Source: Tubulanus polymorphus (lineage: Eukaryota > Animalia > Nemertea). From it: 64,000 bases of DNA. The notes under the pieces were generated by a model. That model made no database searches. It had not been told where the DNA came from and saw only the letters and a list, made by a program, of their open reading frames with translations. Every line of letters starts with the position of its first letter. Positions within the stretch are counted from its first letter, which is position 1. Below are positions 52,121 to 64,000 of this stretch, piece by piece. The translations under genes and the position numbers were made by a program. The stretch spans positions 7,254,001-7,318,000 of the forward strand of contig NC_134031.1 in the NCBI RefSeq assembly GCF_964204645.1. Reading direction: 5' to 3'.

Positions 52121-52252
52121 TAATCGAAAACTGAATGCTGAACTATGAACTTGTGTGTCCTGCTGAACTGTCGGCCCAGACTGAGCTTGAGCAATCACAT
52201 CGATGAGATAATAGCCAGTAGGACCGATTCAGTTAGAGTTGGTGTTGTGAAT

Positions 52253-53290
52253 TCACAGTGAAGAGGATTTGACGAGCTTAGAGCCTCCACGACACATGAG
52301 ATAACCTCTCACTTCCGCCGAGGAAAACACATAAACTAGAAAGTTCAACACGTAATTCATCTCCCATAGAATATTAGTAACCGGACCGTAAATATTCTCT
52401 CTCATCCACAGCCAATCAGGCCACACGAGCATACATGTTATCACGATAGTACTCGGTGTCAAACATATAACCAATGTCGAAGTAACCGCTACTAGTAATT
52501 TAGTGACCTTGAGAGCGTTAGCGCGCTTCTTTCTTTCAGATGGATCCGCGCTAGCCAACTCGGAGAGATTCTTGCGCCTGAGTAATGCGGTGATTATGGA
52601 CGCGTTGCAAGCCGTGATTAAAGTCATGGGCAAAATAGAAATCAACGCCGACGACGTTAAAGCGTTTGCAGCTTGGGTTTTTACGTCGACATAACAACCC
52701 AATATCGGGTGGAACTCTAACTTAAAACTGGGCATCAAAATGTACGTCATAACCAGTGCTGCTACAAATAGCGTCGAAACGGTAATAATCGTTGCCGCTT
52801 TTCTCGTGCACAAACGAAAACCAAAAACCGGGAAACAGACCACGATCAATCGTTCAACGCTGATCGCCGAAACCAACCAAGAACTCTGGACAGCTAATGT
52901 AAGACTGAAGTACGTGGCCGCGGTACTGGTCGCGAAATTCACCGGTTTAACTACCAACGGACCACCGAACCATAGACTGGCCAAATTCAACCAGATAACC
53001 AGACGCTGGACCACGTTACCCACATCAACCAATGATAGAGCTGATAGGTAAACGGTGTACGAATGCCTGCGCATTTTCGTGAAAGTCATGATTACAAATG
53101 ATAAAATGTTTGCCGCGAGACCGAAAGTCGAAAGAACGAATGATCCGATAAACTGAAGCCAGGCTTTCCACATCGGTCCGTCCAGTAGCGATTGCGCGTA
53201 TACGTAGTATAAATCACAGTAATGCCCGAGTTGGTAGACACCGACACTTTCTTCTTCGCCACCAAGAGTTACATTTCCGCTTAACGCCAT
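52253..53290 (-). CDS. Intronless class A GPCR, orphan peptide-receptor-like
   Basis: 345-aa ORF; FGLAANIL, YLSALSLVD, SSWLVSAISVERL, LVICLTP, NYVLNFLVY; N-terminal NVT sequon. Confidence 0.92.
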   Translation of the reverse strand: MALSGNVTLGGEEESVGVYQLGHYCDLYYVYAQSLLDGPMWKAWLQFIGSFVLSTFGLAANILSFVIMTFTKMRRHSYTVYLSALSLVDVGNVVQRLVIWLNLASLWFGGPLVVKPVNFATSTAATYFSLTLAVQSSWLVSAISVERLIVVCFPVFGFRLCTRKAATIITVSTLFVAALVMTYILMPSFKLEFHPILGCYVDVKTQAANALTSSALISILPMTLITACNASIITALLRRKNLSELASADPSERKKRANALKVTKLLVAVTSTLVICLTPSTIVITCMLVWPDWLWMRENIYGPVTNILWEMNYVLNFLVYVFSSAEVRGYLMCRGGSKLVKSSSL

Positions 53291-54204
53291 GTTACTGTAT
53301 TCACAAAAGCTCCGGCAGGTATAAGGTAGTTCTCGATACTAAGTTTGCGAGTAAAATTGTATTTTTGTCGGATATTCGACTTCCTATAATCAACCACCGA
53401 TAACAGCCGCGGACGAAGCGGATTGTTGTTGCCACACTACAGTAAATCTTGGAGTCTCTTTAACTGATGACAGCTTCCTCTTTTGAGAAAATCTTGAGAG
53501 AAAAAACGCGCTACTAGTTGAACAAGAAGCTGTCGCAAGGATTATGAACTTGCGGCGCATCTGACATGGCTGGTCGAACACCTCACCGGTATTTATAAGG
53601 ATTTCGCTGAAAGGGGTGTTTAGAGCGTGTGAACTGGTATTTTGAACTTAGTAATTATTAAATTTCATATCGAAACCATAATTGCCACAATTGACAAATA
53701 AGATGCCCTGGCTAGTGTAGAGTTCATCATGATAATGGCCAAGTATTTATAATAAGCGGGAACAAATGGTTTGCAGAATCAGGTCCGCCATCTGTGTCAG
53801 AGGCGCCAACATAAACAAGCGAGAAACTGTCAAAATCACTTATCTCTTGCAATCTATTGATACATTTTTTTCATCATCTCGTTCTATATTTATCATGTTT
53901 TAATAGAGTAATAACTTTTAAAAAGTAAAAGTAAATTAGATAAAATCGTAGGTCACATAAAACCAGCGGTAATTTAGTGTTCGTATTAAATGCTTTATGT
54001 AAAGATCTACAATAACCGCCCCCCCCCGCCCAAATACAGGTCATACGTATCGTTAAAAACGAGGAAAATTTTACAGATGAAGTACTGGACTGGACACATC
54101 GATCAGTTTTTGAAACTTTCTAATGTCTGCAGTGTTTGTAGTTCATTTTCATTGAACGACATCAAGTGCGATTGAAAGTAGACCTAAAAAAGGGAAAATG
54201 GTGT

Positions 54205-54880
54205 CCAGGGTGAGCAGGTGCAGGGTCTGGGCTGAGGGTCTACAGGGTCCAGGCTGTGAAGGTACAGGGCCAGGCTGAGAGGGTACACAATGTCCAGGCT
54301 GAGGGCTTACAGGGTCCAGGCTGTGAAGGTACAGGGCCAGGCTGAGGGTACACAAGGTCCAGGCTGAGGGTCTACAGGGTCCAGGCTGTGAAGATACAGG
54401 GCCAGACTGAGAGGGTACACAATGTCCAGGCTGAGGGCTTTCAGGGTCCAGGCTGTGAAGGTACATGGCCAGGCTGAGGGTACACAAGGTCCAGGCTGAG
54501 GGTCTACAGGGTCCAGGCTGTGAAGGTACATGGCCAGGCTGAGGGTACACAAGGTCCAGGCTGAGGGTCTACAGGGTCCAGGCTGTGAAGGTAAAGGGCC
54601 AGGCTGAGGGTACACAATGTCCAGGCTGAGGGTCTACAGGGTCCAGGCTGTGAAGGTACAGGGCCAGGCTGAGGGTACACAAGGTCCAGGCTGAGGGTTT
54701 ACAGGGTCCAGGTTGTGAAGGTACAGGGCCAGGCTGAGGGTACATAAGGTCCAGGCTGAGGGTCTACAGGGTCCAGGCTGTGAAGGTACAGGGCCAGGCT
54801 GAGGGTACACAAGGTCCAGGCTGAAGGGAATTCAGAGTTCAGGCTGAGGGTCTACCAGGGTCCAGGCTGTGAAGGTGCGA
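54205..54880. repeat. 65-67-bp higher-order minisatellite built from three ~21-22-bp CCAGGCTG subunits
   Basis: GTGAAG anchors at 54256, 54323, 54388, 54455, 54520, 54585, 54650, 54715, 54780; about 10 copies. Confidence 0.92.
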
Positions 54881-57373
54881 AGTCCAAGATCTAGATGGAT
54901 ACCTGCACTAGAAGAATTATGCAATCAAGTTTTGGGTGGAATCGAGGTGGCTTGAAATGTAAAATCATGTTACCAGAATCTGATTCCTAATCTTACACGG
55001 GCAGAAGATATCCAAATTATTATAATACATTACAATTAATTCATTGTAGTTAATTATCTAAGAGTTTCATTTGATCAATAATTTAGAGGAAATATTGCAA
55101 ACAGTGTTAGCATTCCTAACTCATAATTACCGCCCGAACTTAACGGTGAGACGTATATAATCAGAATTATTTCTCTAATCGCGATGATTATCTAGACGAA
55201 GCCTATCATCATTTTAATTTTAAGTGACGCGGGAGTCTCTTGTGCGGAAAATCTCGCTTTCAAAGTTTCGTGATTCGTGTAATTTACTCACACGCGTGCG
55301 TTCAGAAACAAAACGATGTGTCGTTATGGCACTAACAAGGTGTTTGCTCACACCACAAATACACCTAATTTCGATGACGAGGCCACAATCACCGCAGCCA
55401 GATTTACTCAGGCCGACTGGAGGAAGACATTTCGTGAAGGGATCTTGTACCTTCAAGGCCCGCCAGTTACAGGCTTGAAGTGGCTCGGGAGTGCTCGGAA
55501 TACATCGTCAGTAAATGTGGGATCCGAACGTAGAATATGATTGAATCTCAAGTGAACATCATCCACCGCTAGTTGGAGCCATCCGCGTTCGTTCGGCGAG
55601 AGGCAAGTGAGGATGGGTTTACTCGGCGTCGATTACCTCGGATTATCAAGTGCCCTCTTGATAGGCCTACTACAAGTATTACTCCAATTCGTCATGATCA
55701 CAACCCGTAGCTCCAGATAGAAATTTCAGCCAACCAGTATCTAATATGAATATTTTTTTCCAATCAGTAAAAGCGAAATGTTTAGATATATACATATATA
55801 CACACAAGAAACATATTGTGTAATGAGCCATATTTAGACAAAAAGTGACGTGATCTGCTTAAGCCCGGCTTAACTCTTTCCATGTTGGAATTTTTTACCA
55901 AAATCCAATCAATCTGATATTAATTAATTTAGGCGAATTTGACATATGGTTTTTAATGTCCATTAAAGTGCTTTTCTAATGCAAAACCCCTGTATAACCC
56001 CTGTTTTTTCACCCAAGCGGACCCTTTAAATGCATTATGAAATGAGAGCAGTTACTCTGGGACTGGAAAATCTGGATGATCTAGGCTTACTTATCACTCC
56101 GAACTTCAACTACGAGTCCCTGTCAAACAGCTGGCGATCTATGGCAACTCCGATATGTAGTGTGGAGCGTCGGAAAGCCACGTACTGTCATTTTGTTTTG
56201 TTTAAGTCACTTAATGAGCTTGCGCCGGAAACACAAGGCCCGTCGAATCGTTGAATAAACTACTATCTCCAGGAAACATTTTCGGACTTTTTTCTGTGGT
56301 GTTCTCTTTAAACTTTCGTCACAACGCGAATAGTGTCGTATCAATCGAACAAGGCCCGTTCCATCGCGGTTAAATGTAAAATCCAAAACGATTTCTTAGG
56401 ATAGAATCGAACGACGTGAAGCAAGAGGTAACCAAACAAACAAACCCGCAAGTTTGTCAGTCACCTATTTGGCCGCGTATTTGTGGCCGGGTGTTCGAAG
56501 ATAAAGATAAAGCACAGCTGGTGACCTGGCCAAACTTCGCAAGTCTCGTTTGGCAAATCCCGAAACAGTTTCTGCAAAAGCCGCGAGTGTGATAATTGGA
56601 AACCAACATTGACGACGAAAAACAAAAGATTCATTTTTCAACTTAATAAATTTCGGGGAAATTGTTCGAAGTTCTCCGCTACAATCGATACTATAAAACC
56701 CGATTCAACAATTCTGCACTAAATACTAACCCTAGAGCTCAATAATAATTGAATCTTACTGAAAATTGAGGAACTGGGTCCGAAAATCTATGAATAAGTT
56801 ATAAAGAGTTTCCTGTGACTGGGAACAAAGAGTTTCTGTAAATAGAAGAGCTCAGTCCGGATCACATTCAGTTCACACACATGTACGCACGTACATAAAC
56901 TGTCAGCTTTATCTGCTATACCTGAAAGCTTGCATCATCATTCTGTAGATATGTCAGTGAACGTATGGATGATGGTATGATCACAATTCGCTTATCGGAA
57001 TTTATTGTTTATCGAGGTTAAACAATAGGAGAGATTGTCTGAATTCCCCACTTATCTTTAATCTAACTCACATCATACAAATATACAGCTTTCATCTGAG
57101 ATCGTTGATGCCTTGAGGGGTTTATCTAGAATATTTATGAATAGATTCTGCATGTTTTTTCTTGCAGAAAATAAGTTTGATATTGCGCTCTATATTTCAG
57201 AGAAACAATTATTCCATCGTGAAAATGACACAATTAATTATATTCAAACCAAACATATGAAATATTTCAGTATAACGTTCGGGAATAGATACAACAATAT
57301 TATGGTCTGGTTAAATCATCATTTTAGGTGAGCATGTCTCTGGTAAATCGTCAGGTTCTTCATAGAAATGTTA

Positions 57374-58588
57374 CTAAGATTTCTGACTAGATTTCATTTT
57401 ACAAAAAAAGCAATCAGTAAACATTTTAATAGATTGATTTCTGAAAACTTTCATTGTTCCGGTGTATATAAAGAAATTGACACAAAATACAAACTGTCGA
57501 AATGTTTGTAGGAATTTTTCTAACTCGAACCATAAAGTGCCGAGAAAGAATGTAGAATGTGGAAATGAACTGGCACCGATAATAATTCCATGATTTCTAT
57601 AAAGCACTGGTTGAATGGCGGACATTAAGTTGTAAATGCATTTAGCTGCAGCTTGCGGAAAAACTAGTAAAACATACACAATAACTACAACTAGAAGAGT
57701 TTTACTGGCTGAAGATTGATGACGATCTGTTCTCTTCGCTCTCAGCTCAGATCTCTTATTGCGTAATACAGCAGTTAACACTGATAATATTACAATCATT
57801 ACAGAAGGAAAGATATCTTGTAGAAATGTTTTTACAGCTTTTATTTGTGAGGTTTGGGATGAAGGCATATATTGGAATAGATGTCCACATGCAAATCTGT
57901 CATATGTTTCATTGTATCTACGAGATTTGCTGAGATAAACCTTGTAAGTGATTGCAGAATCCAAGTTCATGAAATACGCCCAGAAGATGACAGAACCTAC
58001 TGCAATTTTACGCCGAGTGACGGTGAAATGTTTCATGTGAAAGAAAGGAAAACGAATAGAAACAAATCTCTCGAGAGCAATCACTATAACTGTGTAGTTT
58101 GATACAGATATTGCCTGGTTATAAAATAGGTTTGAAAATATACACGAAGGAAACACTCGATTGGGCAGATAGTGGAAATAGTAATAGAAATAGTAAAGTG
58201 ATGGACATAGTTTACTGTGTTTAGTGAATGTCAGGTAAGTTACGTCACATTCTGTATAAAATCCTAGATGATAAACAACGAACCCTTTCAAAAATTCAGG
58301 GAAGTTCCTAAGCTCAAACAAGACGACAAGTTGATCTGAAAACGCGAGAGTTATGAGATAGGGGAACGTGCAACGAACTGACCGATATCTGCGACACTTT
58401 ATCAGTAAAATCATTGTCAGTAAGTTAAACACACTTCCCGGCGGAAGCAAGAACACATTTCTGAATATTCTGTTATATTCATTAACGAAGTTGATAAATC
58501 TTCTGAAAGCTATGATATAACCCGGTGTCTTCACAGCAGTGCGGTATATTCTACGAGTTGTGGTGGTGATAGTGGTAAAATTATCCAT
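57374..58588 (-). CDS. Intronless divergent class A GPCR
   Basis: First in-frame ATG at 58588 (MDNFTT..); PGSVFNLL, YLITLAFSD, SNYTVIVIALERF, YVLLVFP, FCVNFFIY; long Tyr-rich region between TM2 and TM3. Confidence 0.85.
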   Translation of the reverse strand: MDNFTTITTTTRRIYRTAVKTPGYIIAFRRFINFVNEYNRIFRNVFLLPPGSVFNLLTMILLIKCRRYRSVRCTFPYLITLAFSDQLVVLFELRNFPEFLKGFVVYHLGFYTECDVTYLTFTKHSKLCPSLYYFYYYFHYLPNRVFPSCIFSNLFYNQAISVSNYTVIVIALERFVSIRFPFFHMKHFTVTRRKIAVGSVIFWAYFMNLDSAITYKVYLSKSRRYNETYDRFACGHLFQYMPSSQTSQIKAVKTFLQDIFPSVMIVILSVLTAVLRNKRSELRAKRTDRHQSSASKTLLVVVIVYVLLVFPQAAAKCIYNLMSAIQPVLYRNHGIIIGASSFPHSTFFLGTLWFELEKFLQTFRQFVFCVNFFIYTGTMKVFRNQSIKMFTDCFFCKMKSSQKS

Positions 58589-60180
58589 GAAAAGAACAGA
58601 ACTGTTTGACACGACAATCTGTGTTGTTACTGCTTCCCCCAAAGTATGTGTTAGAATGCATCCTTCAAACTACTGCTACAGAACACACTTTAATCATCTA
58701 TGCGTTTCACATACTGTGTTTGAATTACTACCTACGCGAGGCGCTCGATTTAAAAATACCCAATCTAAAATTGTTTTGAAAGCCTCATATATGACAATCC
58801 ACTGCAGATTTAATACTTTTTAGATCTAAAAGCTCTTCTTTTGTGAGAATATGTTGCTGTGTTGACACTGTGGTGTGACATTTTAGGGAATGGTGCAATC
58901 AATTGTATTAGAAAGTACTGTTTGAGACTATAAGAATGTCATTAGGAATCTAATGGAGTTTATTTCATGATATATCTACGAGAAAGTAGGTTTTGGGGCC
59001 AGTTTTGGCTCAAGACCGCCACGACTTGTGCGTCAGCGCCAGTTGTCACAATTCCAGAAGCCGAGCAAAACAAAATAAAAACGATTAATGCAAGAGTGCT
59101 GTAATCTATCTCTTCATATAAGTTATGTTTATAGTACGTACTTTGTGCACGAAATACAATGTGATCTTTACAAATATCACCAATAATTGTTGCATTTTCC
59201 CGGGAATTCCCAACTCTCGGTCTTTGACTTCGTCGATACGGTACATCGTTTTCGGAGCTCTGATAAATGTTTGTGAATGGTGCCTTTCTTTAAACGATGG
59301 ATCCTGAACAATCCTGTTTTACAGGAAGGGGGTCATGGTCATTCATAAAAGTATGTACGCAAGGGGGTTATGAAAAAATGTACAGAGAGCGTACATGGGG
59401 CCGGGGAGGGGGGGGGGGGTTAAAAATACGCGGATGTCAAGCGTAGGCACGGCCCCTATAACGGAAATACACGTAACAATCAACCTTGAGAAAAAAATTT
59501 AATTACACTGTATTATTGTTTTGTAATCATCATATTCTATTTCAGTCTAGATTTGAAGTCTCGCGTGTAGGAAGGACGCCCTAAACTTGATCACACATCA
59601 ATTCGTCTGCTTATTATGACTTAATTTTCCCTCATTTTAGCCAGCCCGAACATAAGCAATTTTAGCTGCCTTATTTTCAATTTCCTAAATCTAAGCATAA
59701 ATTAGAAAATCATACTTACTATGGAGTCTTAAAAAACATAAGTTTATGTTATTTAAAAAACCCACTCGAATATTTACAAATTTACAACCGTTTAAAGTCA
59801 ATTTGTGATTCCCCTAGAAACTATTGAACTTACGTTTCGTTTCACAGAGCCTGTTGCACACGCCTGTTCTAAAGAAACGACTATTGAACGTGTTCTCCCC
59901 TCGTAAGTGAGCCATGGGGTCTTAGATTCAATACAATTAAGTTAACGTCAAATTTGTTGAAATATATTATCGACAAATCTCGTTATCAGTAAGACCCAAC
60001 GATGAGAAATCAAACTCTTTTTTAAGCCTCAATCTTTTTGTAAAGCCTGGCGGTTTCAAATACCATTAAGAATTATCCATCACCCTTACATGTATTTTGG
60101 TGTATGTTTACCCAATTTAACGAATTGTCCTCAGTCACTGTGCAAACGCACCCAATGACGCCCCCTCTTTTAAAAGTTCA

Positions 60181-63100
60181 TTATGATTCTGAATACGAAG
60201 GCAATGTATTTTGACGGCGGAGCCTTGGTGACGATTTCAGTTCCGATACGGTAGAACCCATAGAATGTATCGATTTTCTCTGTTGTGATTTGTTGTAACC
60301 GGAAGCTGACGGTTTATCCATGCTAGTTCCTTGACCGGCTACGAGCATGTCCTCCTCTCCCCAATGAAACGACTCCCTCAATAACTGATAACTCGTCAGT
60401 CTAGGCTGGTACTGAAATTTCCAAGCTTTGTAATCTTTGTAATCGAAATAGGTCTCAATCATTTGTCGTCCTGAAATAAACAAGGATGTACTTTAAATTT
60501 GCAAATCCGAAAGCGAAAATCCCGTTCGTCCCATATTTTGATCTGATCTGGAGCCAATTGCTCAAAAGAGTTCGTCAATGGATAGTTGACATAGTGTAGA
60601 TTAAAAGTTCATCGTAACTATTTACGGTATTATCAACCGGCGGTTTGCTTTAACCAACTTTTGAGCAACTGGCCCCCGGGGACCAGTTTCAAAGCTGATG
60701 AATAATCGGAAAGGATATTAATTGTGCTTAAGTTATCTGCTGTCCCTGTTATTAATCAAATCGCGAGGATGTCCCAGTTTCATCGAGTTTGAAATTAGTC
60801 ACAGTTGACAATTTTTTCTATGTAGCCTTCTATCAACGCCAACTGGGAACATTTTAGAATGTCTGACTTGTATACCGCAAGCGTTTCAGCGCTGTTTACA
60901 CGATAGAACAAACACACATCAGCAAACATCCAGTGAACGACGAATAATTAAAAAACCATTATAAAAAAAAATATCTATTTGACGTTGAGTCGGTTTTGAA
61001 GTTTGGGCGGAACTTTTTAAAATGCGTTCATAGTTTGTTTTTGGATTGCGGTTGATAAATTCATTTACGTATGGTAAAATAACGTACCTTCTACTGAAGC
61101 CTCAACCGGTGCATCGAATAAAGCAACGTTTGGATGCATTAAGTCTTGCATGTCTTGCATTACCTAAAAATGTTACTAAACGAGTTTTAGGACTAAACAT
61201 TCACCTGTAATGCACGATGGCTATATTTGATGCGGTTTACTTACAAATTGTCCTTGTTTACTGCCCAGGAAGAAACAACCCATGATGTGCACGATGGATT
61301 CTTTCGGCTCAATTTTACTGATCATGCATCCTAATTCTTTCCAAAACCTAATACGATATTTCAAGTGATTTTTAAATATCATATATTAAAGATTCAAAAT
61401 AATATTCAGATGATTTGGATTCAGAGCATGAACATATTTTACGCTTACGTGGCCATGTCTTTGTTATCGAGTCTGGCTAATTTTTCACGCGTTAGAACTT
61501 TATTTTTCAACAAGTACAGATAACCGGGTCCACCCTGACAGAATAGCAAAACGGATCTCGCCTTACAGCCCGGCCTGTACCGCTCTAGTTGGGTATTTAT
61601 CTCAGCTGAAATAGTAGAAATGATTCATACTCTATTTAACATTATTCCCAAACTTACTGACTGTAAGTAGTTTTTTGTGGCAACGTTTTTTGTGGCTTTG
61701 AAATAATCAGTTGGTTTTAACGTGGGGTTGAAACGAAAATGACTGCGTTTAAACAAAGAAAGATGTCAATGTGTTTTGCCAGAAAGAGCGCCAAATCTTT
61801 TTACAAATATGGCTCGAATCAGACACCATATCGCATAGATCCGGAAAATTCTTGCATGTAGTGAACAAATTGAGAGTGACAACGAATATGACAGCAACAG
61901 TTCAGATGATGAGACTTAGTCAGAAAATAGGTTTATAGTGCCGGCAATGATTTTGATGATGAAAATGAAATCAGTGACAATTTTTTTAGACCCTGTTGAT
62001 ACGGTTGTCATGGCAACGGACACCAATAACAATAATGGAGAACCAGACACAGTTCATCTTCAAGGTCACATTTATCCAAAGTATTTGTCTTATTTGTAAG
62101 CCCAAAGGTTATCAACACCCTGGTATACAATGTATCAGTGTCAAATACATAGGTAACAATTTTCTGAGGCCTGAAATCATTCCCCAATGAAACCCCTTAC
62201 ATCCGGCCTTCCGACATATCAGTGGAGAAGTGGGTAAATCAGTGGAAAAATAAATCTTTTAGTTGTGCTATTGCTTTGAAATTTTTACTACTTAAAGTAA
62301 GGATATATGGCATACAATTGCAGTTGGAATTGAATAGATCAGTGCATTTTGCTGGGAGACAGAGCAGTTTATCTGAAACTTTTTTGTGAATTTTTTCATG
62401 GCGGCCATCTTGAAGAATGTGACCTTGACCTCGAGTTCACTTATACCCACATTATTTATGTCTACTTTGTTGGCCCAAAAGTTATCAACAACATGCTATA
62501 TAATTTTTCTGTGTCAGATACTTTGGTAACTATTCCATGAAGCCTCAAATCCCCTATAAACCCCTAAATTCCCTCCGGTACAGCAGCGGAGACATTATGT
62601 GGTATTGAAAGGGTTAACACGGTCTTATGCGTTTCAATGTCTTTAAACAAAAAGGTGGTTTTGATATGGCGTGATGAAAAGAAAAAGACCACGTCACAAC
62701 AAGAAATTGCTTCCAACGTGCCGTAAATACAAAAAGTTAGTTTTAACGAGGTGTTTATCGTGCTACGTAAAAGAATTCGTAAAGATGAGTATCATATTTA
62801 TCTATTTATATATGTATATTTATTTTCCATCTGGCCCGAATCAGCCAGCGTGATGCAAGAATCTATACGTTACCTATTAATCCGCTGAACGTGCTGTGGT
62901 TAAAGTCCTACATGAAATAAACACATTTAAAGTTACTATCTCGGATGACAACTCGGGCAGCGATATCCCAGGACCAAAATTCGGATTTCAAGTCTATGCA
63001 CTCTAAACCTATGAGATTTCTATTTTTAGTACCCAGGCGCGGATCCGAGGAAGGGTTGCATTGAGTGCCAGTGCAACCCTTGGAAATATTCTTCGTATCA

Positions 63101-63990
63101 TTTATTTCAGTTTATTTTCCAACGCAACATTTCAAAGTACAAGGTGCATGTAAGATGATCAACAGTGCATAGAAACTCTGCGAAATCAGAATGCGCGAAA
63201 TTAGACAAATATTTTTCTGAATTTTCTGAGGGACCAGCAGATTACCCCACTTTGAAAATCCTGGACCCACCCCTGTTACCGGTGTACTGTTTTCTTCTTT
63301 GAAATGATTGACAATGGATTTGTTTAATCTGGAGAACATCTGGACATTACCGATGTTCTCAAAAACATCATATCAATCAACGTACGTATGGAATACTGAT
63401 AATGTTATCTTCTTTCTTCACGGCATTTAACAAATGATCCCTTCTCTTGATATTTGACGAAATCAACTGAAATTCAAACAAGATCAAACTGACATAATGA
63501 TAGAAAAACGTATATGTATTTGTTCACAAAAAAACGTGCCCCGAATGGTGCTCGATCGGATTTTAAGAGGGGAACTTACAACGATTCTGGGTGGTTTGAA
63601 ATTAAATCCTGTTTTCGATGATTCGATCTGTTGCTCGGCCAACCACTTCGTTTTTTCTATGTCGGAATGGTAAGGTAACGAACTACGATCAGCCTCTGAA
63701 ATAGAAATGCAACGATGAAGTGATACTACATGTGGCGTTTACGCAATGAATTTGATGTGATTATGAAATACAACTGAAATATAAGCGCTGCGTAATTCAA
63801 CAAATTCATTTCCCATGTACTTAACCCAAACTATCATATCTCCGGTAAATATCAACCCGTGTGTAATTTAGGAGAATCACCAGAAGAAATCTACCTTTGA
63901 TTGTCTCATCGTGCAATGTAGAACTTGCCCTGGAAGGCGAGGTTGCCTCCCACGGTTTATCTCTGTTGTCTCGTGCGTGTCGTCTGTTAT
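60181..63990 (-). CDS. NSMF: NMDA receptor synaptonuclear signalling and neuronal migration factor (NSMF/NELF/Jacob) homologue, 3' exons; gene continues beyond the window
   Basis: Exons 63895-63990, 63580-63695, 63386-63466, 62874-62907, 61449-61605, 61245-61347, 61088-61163, 60181-60470 join in phase. Protein ..LISSNI..IPYDFNHSTF..LLFCQGGPGYLYLLKNKV..FWKEL..HIMGCFFLG..GRQMIETYFD matches the NSMF C-terminal domain. Confidence 0.92.
61640..62617. mobile_element. Possible piggyBac-like relic in an NSMF intron
   Basis: Right end ..GAAAGGG-TTAA (62613-62617) and a decayed acidic reading frame (ESDNEYDSNSSDDE, ~61870-61915). The left terminus is not clearly identified. Confidence 0.3.
63034..63275. 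mobile_element. MITE with CAGG..GGATCC termini
   Basis: CAGGCGCGGATCC ... GGACCCACCCCTG imperfect TIRs; internal hairpin AAGGGTTGCA..TGCAACCCTT. Confidence 0.5.
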
Positions 63991-64000
63991 CTAAATGTTT

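Noticed and set aside
54149-54615. Pro/Gln-rich ORFs
   Set aside because: Translations of the 65-bp minisatellite.
55220-55700. CpG-rich stretch with short ORFs
   Set aside because: No recognisable motif or consistent splice structure in any frame examined.
58589-58642. N-terminal extension of the GPCR given by the ORF track
   Set aside because: It starts at TTG; the first in-frame ATG is 58588 and an upstream exon cannot be shown.
62004-62017. Near-perfect X-box GTTGTCATGGCAAC
   Set aside because: Lies within repeat-derived intronic sequence far from a promoter; such motifs are common in these repeats.

Overview
AT-rich, intron-containing animal genomic DNA, most likely a marine lophotrochozoan invertebrate (inference from gene and repeat content). 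Most short ORFs in the supplied track are noise or partial exons. Host genes reconstructed by hand from splice sites: a 13-exon CCDC183/CCDC151(ODAD3)-family ciliary coiled-coil gene (7240-17014 +, with X-box-like promoter motifs and an intronic tRNA-Gly(CCC)); a 2-exon MYORG-like GH31 gene lacking the canonical catalytic Asp residues (18378-21534 -); an uncharacterised coiled-coil gene (27285-29132 +); three intronless rhodopsin-family GPCRs plus one GPCR pseudogene; VAMP4 (43832-46650 -); and the 3' part of NSMF/Jacob (60181->63990 -). The most notable structure is in the first 6 kb. A decayed, intron-containing DDE transposase with Dada-type motifs (DCC, RLDIWH, RGTTSLESFH, C-terminal CCHC) runs into a junction at nucleotide 8 (the A box) of an initiator tRNA-Met gene, and an intact copy of the same tRNA unit lies 1.19 kb downstream. 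This is a candidate tRNA-iMet-targeting Dada transposon, itself interrupted by a Helitron-type helicase fragment. The window also holds many non-autonomous elements: Harbinger-type MITEs, a pearl/HINE element with core repeats, a foldback-like structure, a MITE family carrying a telomere-like motif plus a tRNA-like Pol III cassette, LINE remnants and several mini/microsatellites. All family assignments come from motif recognition by eye, not database searches.
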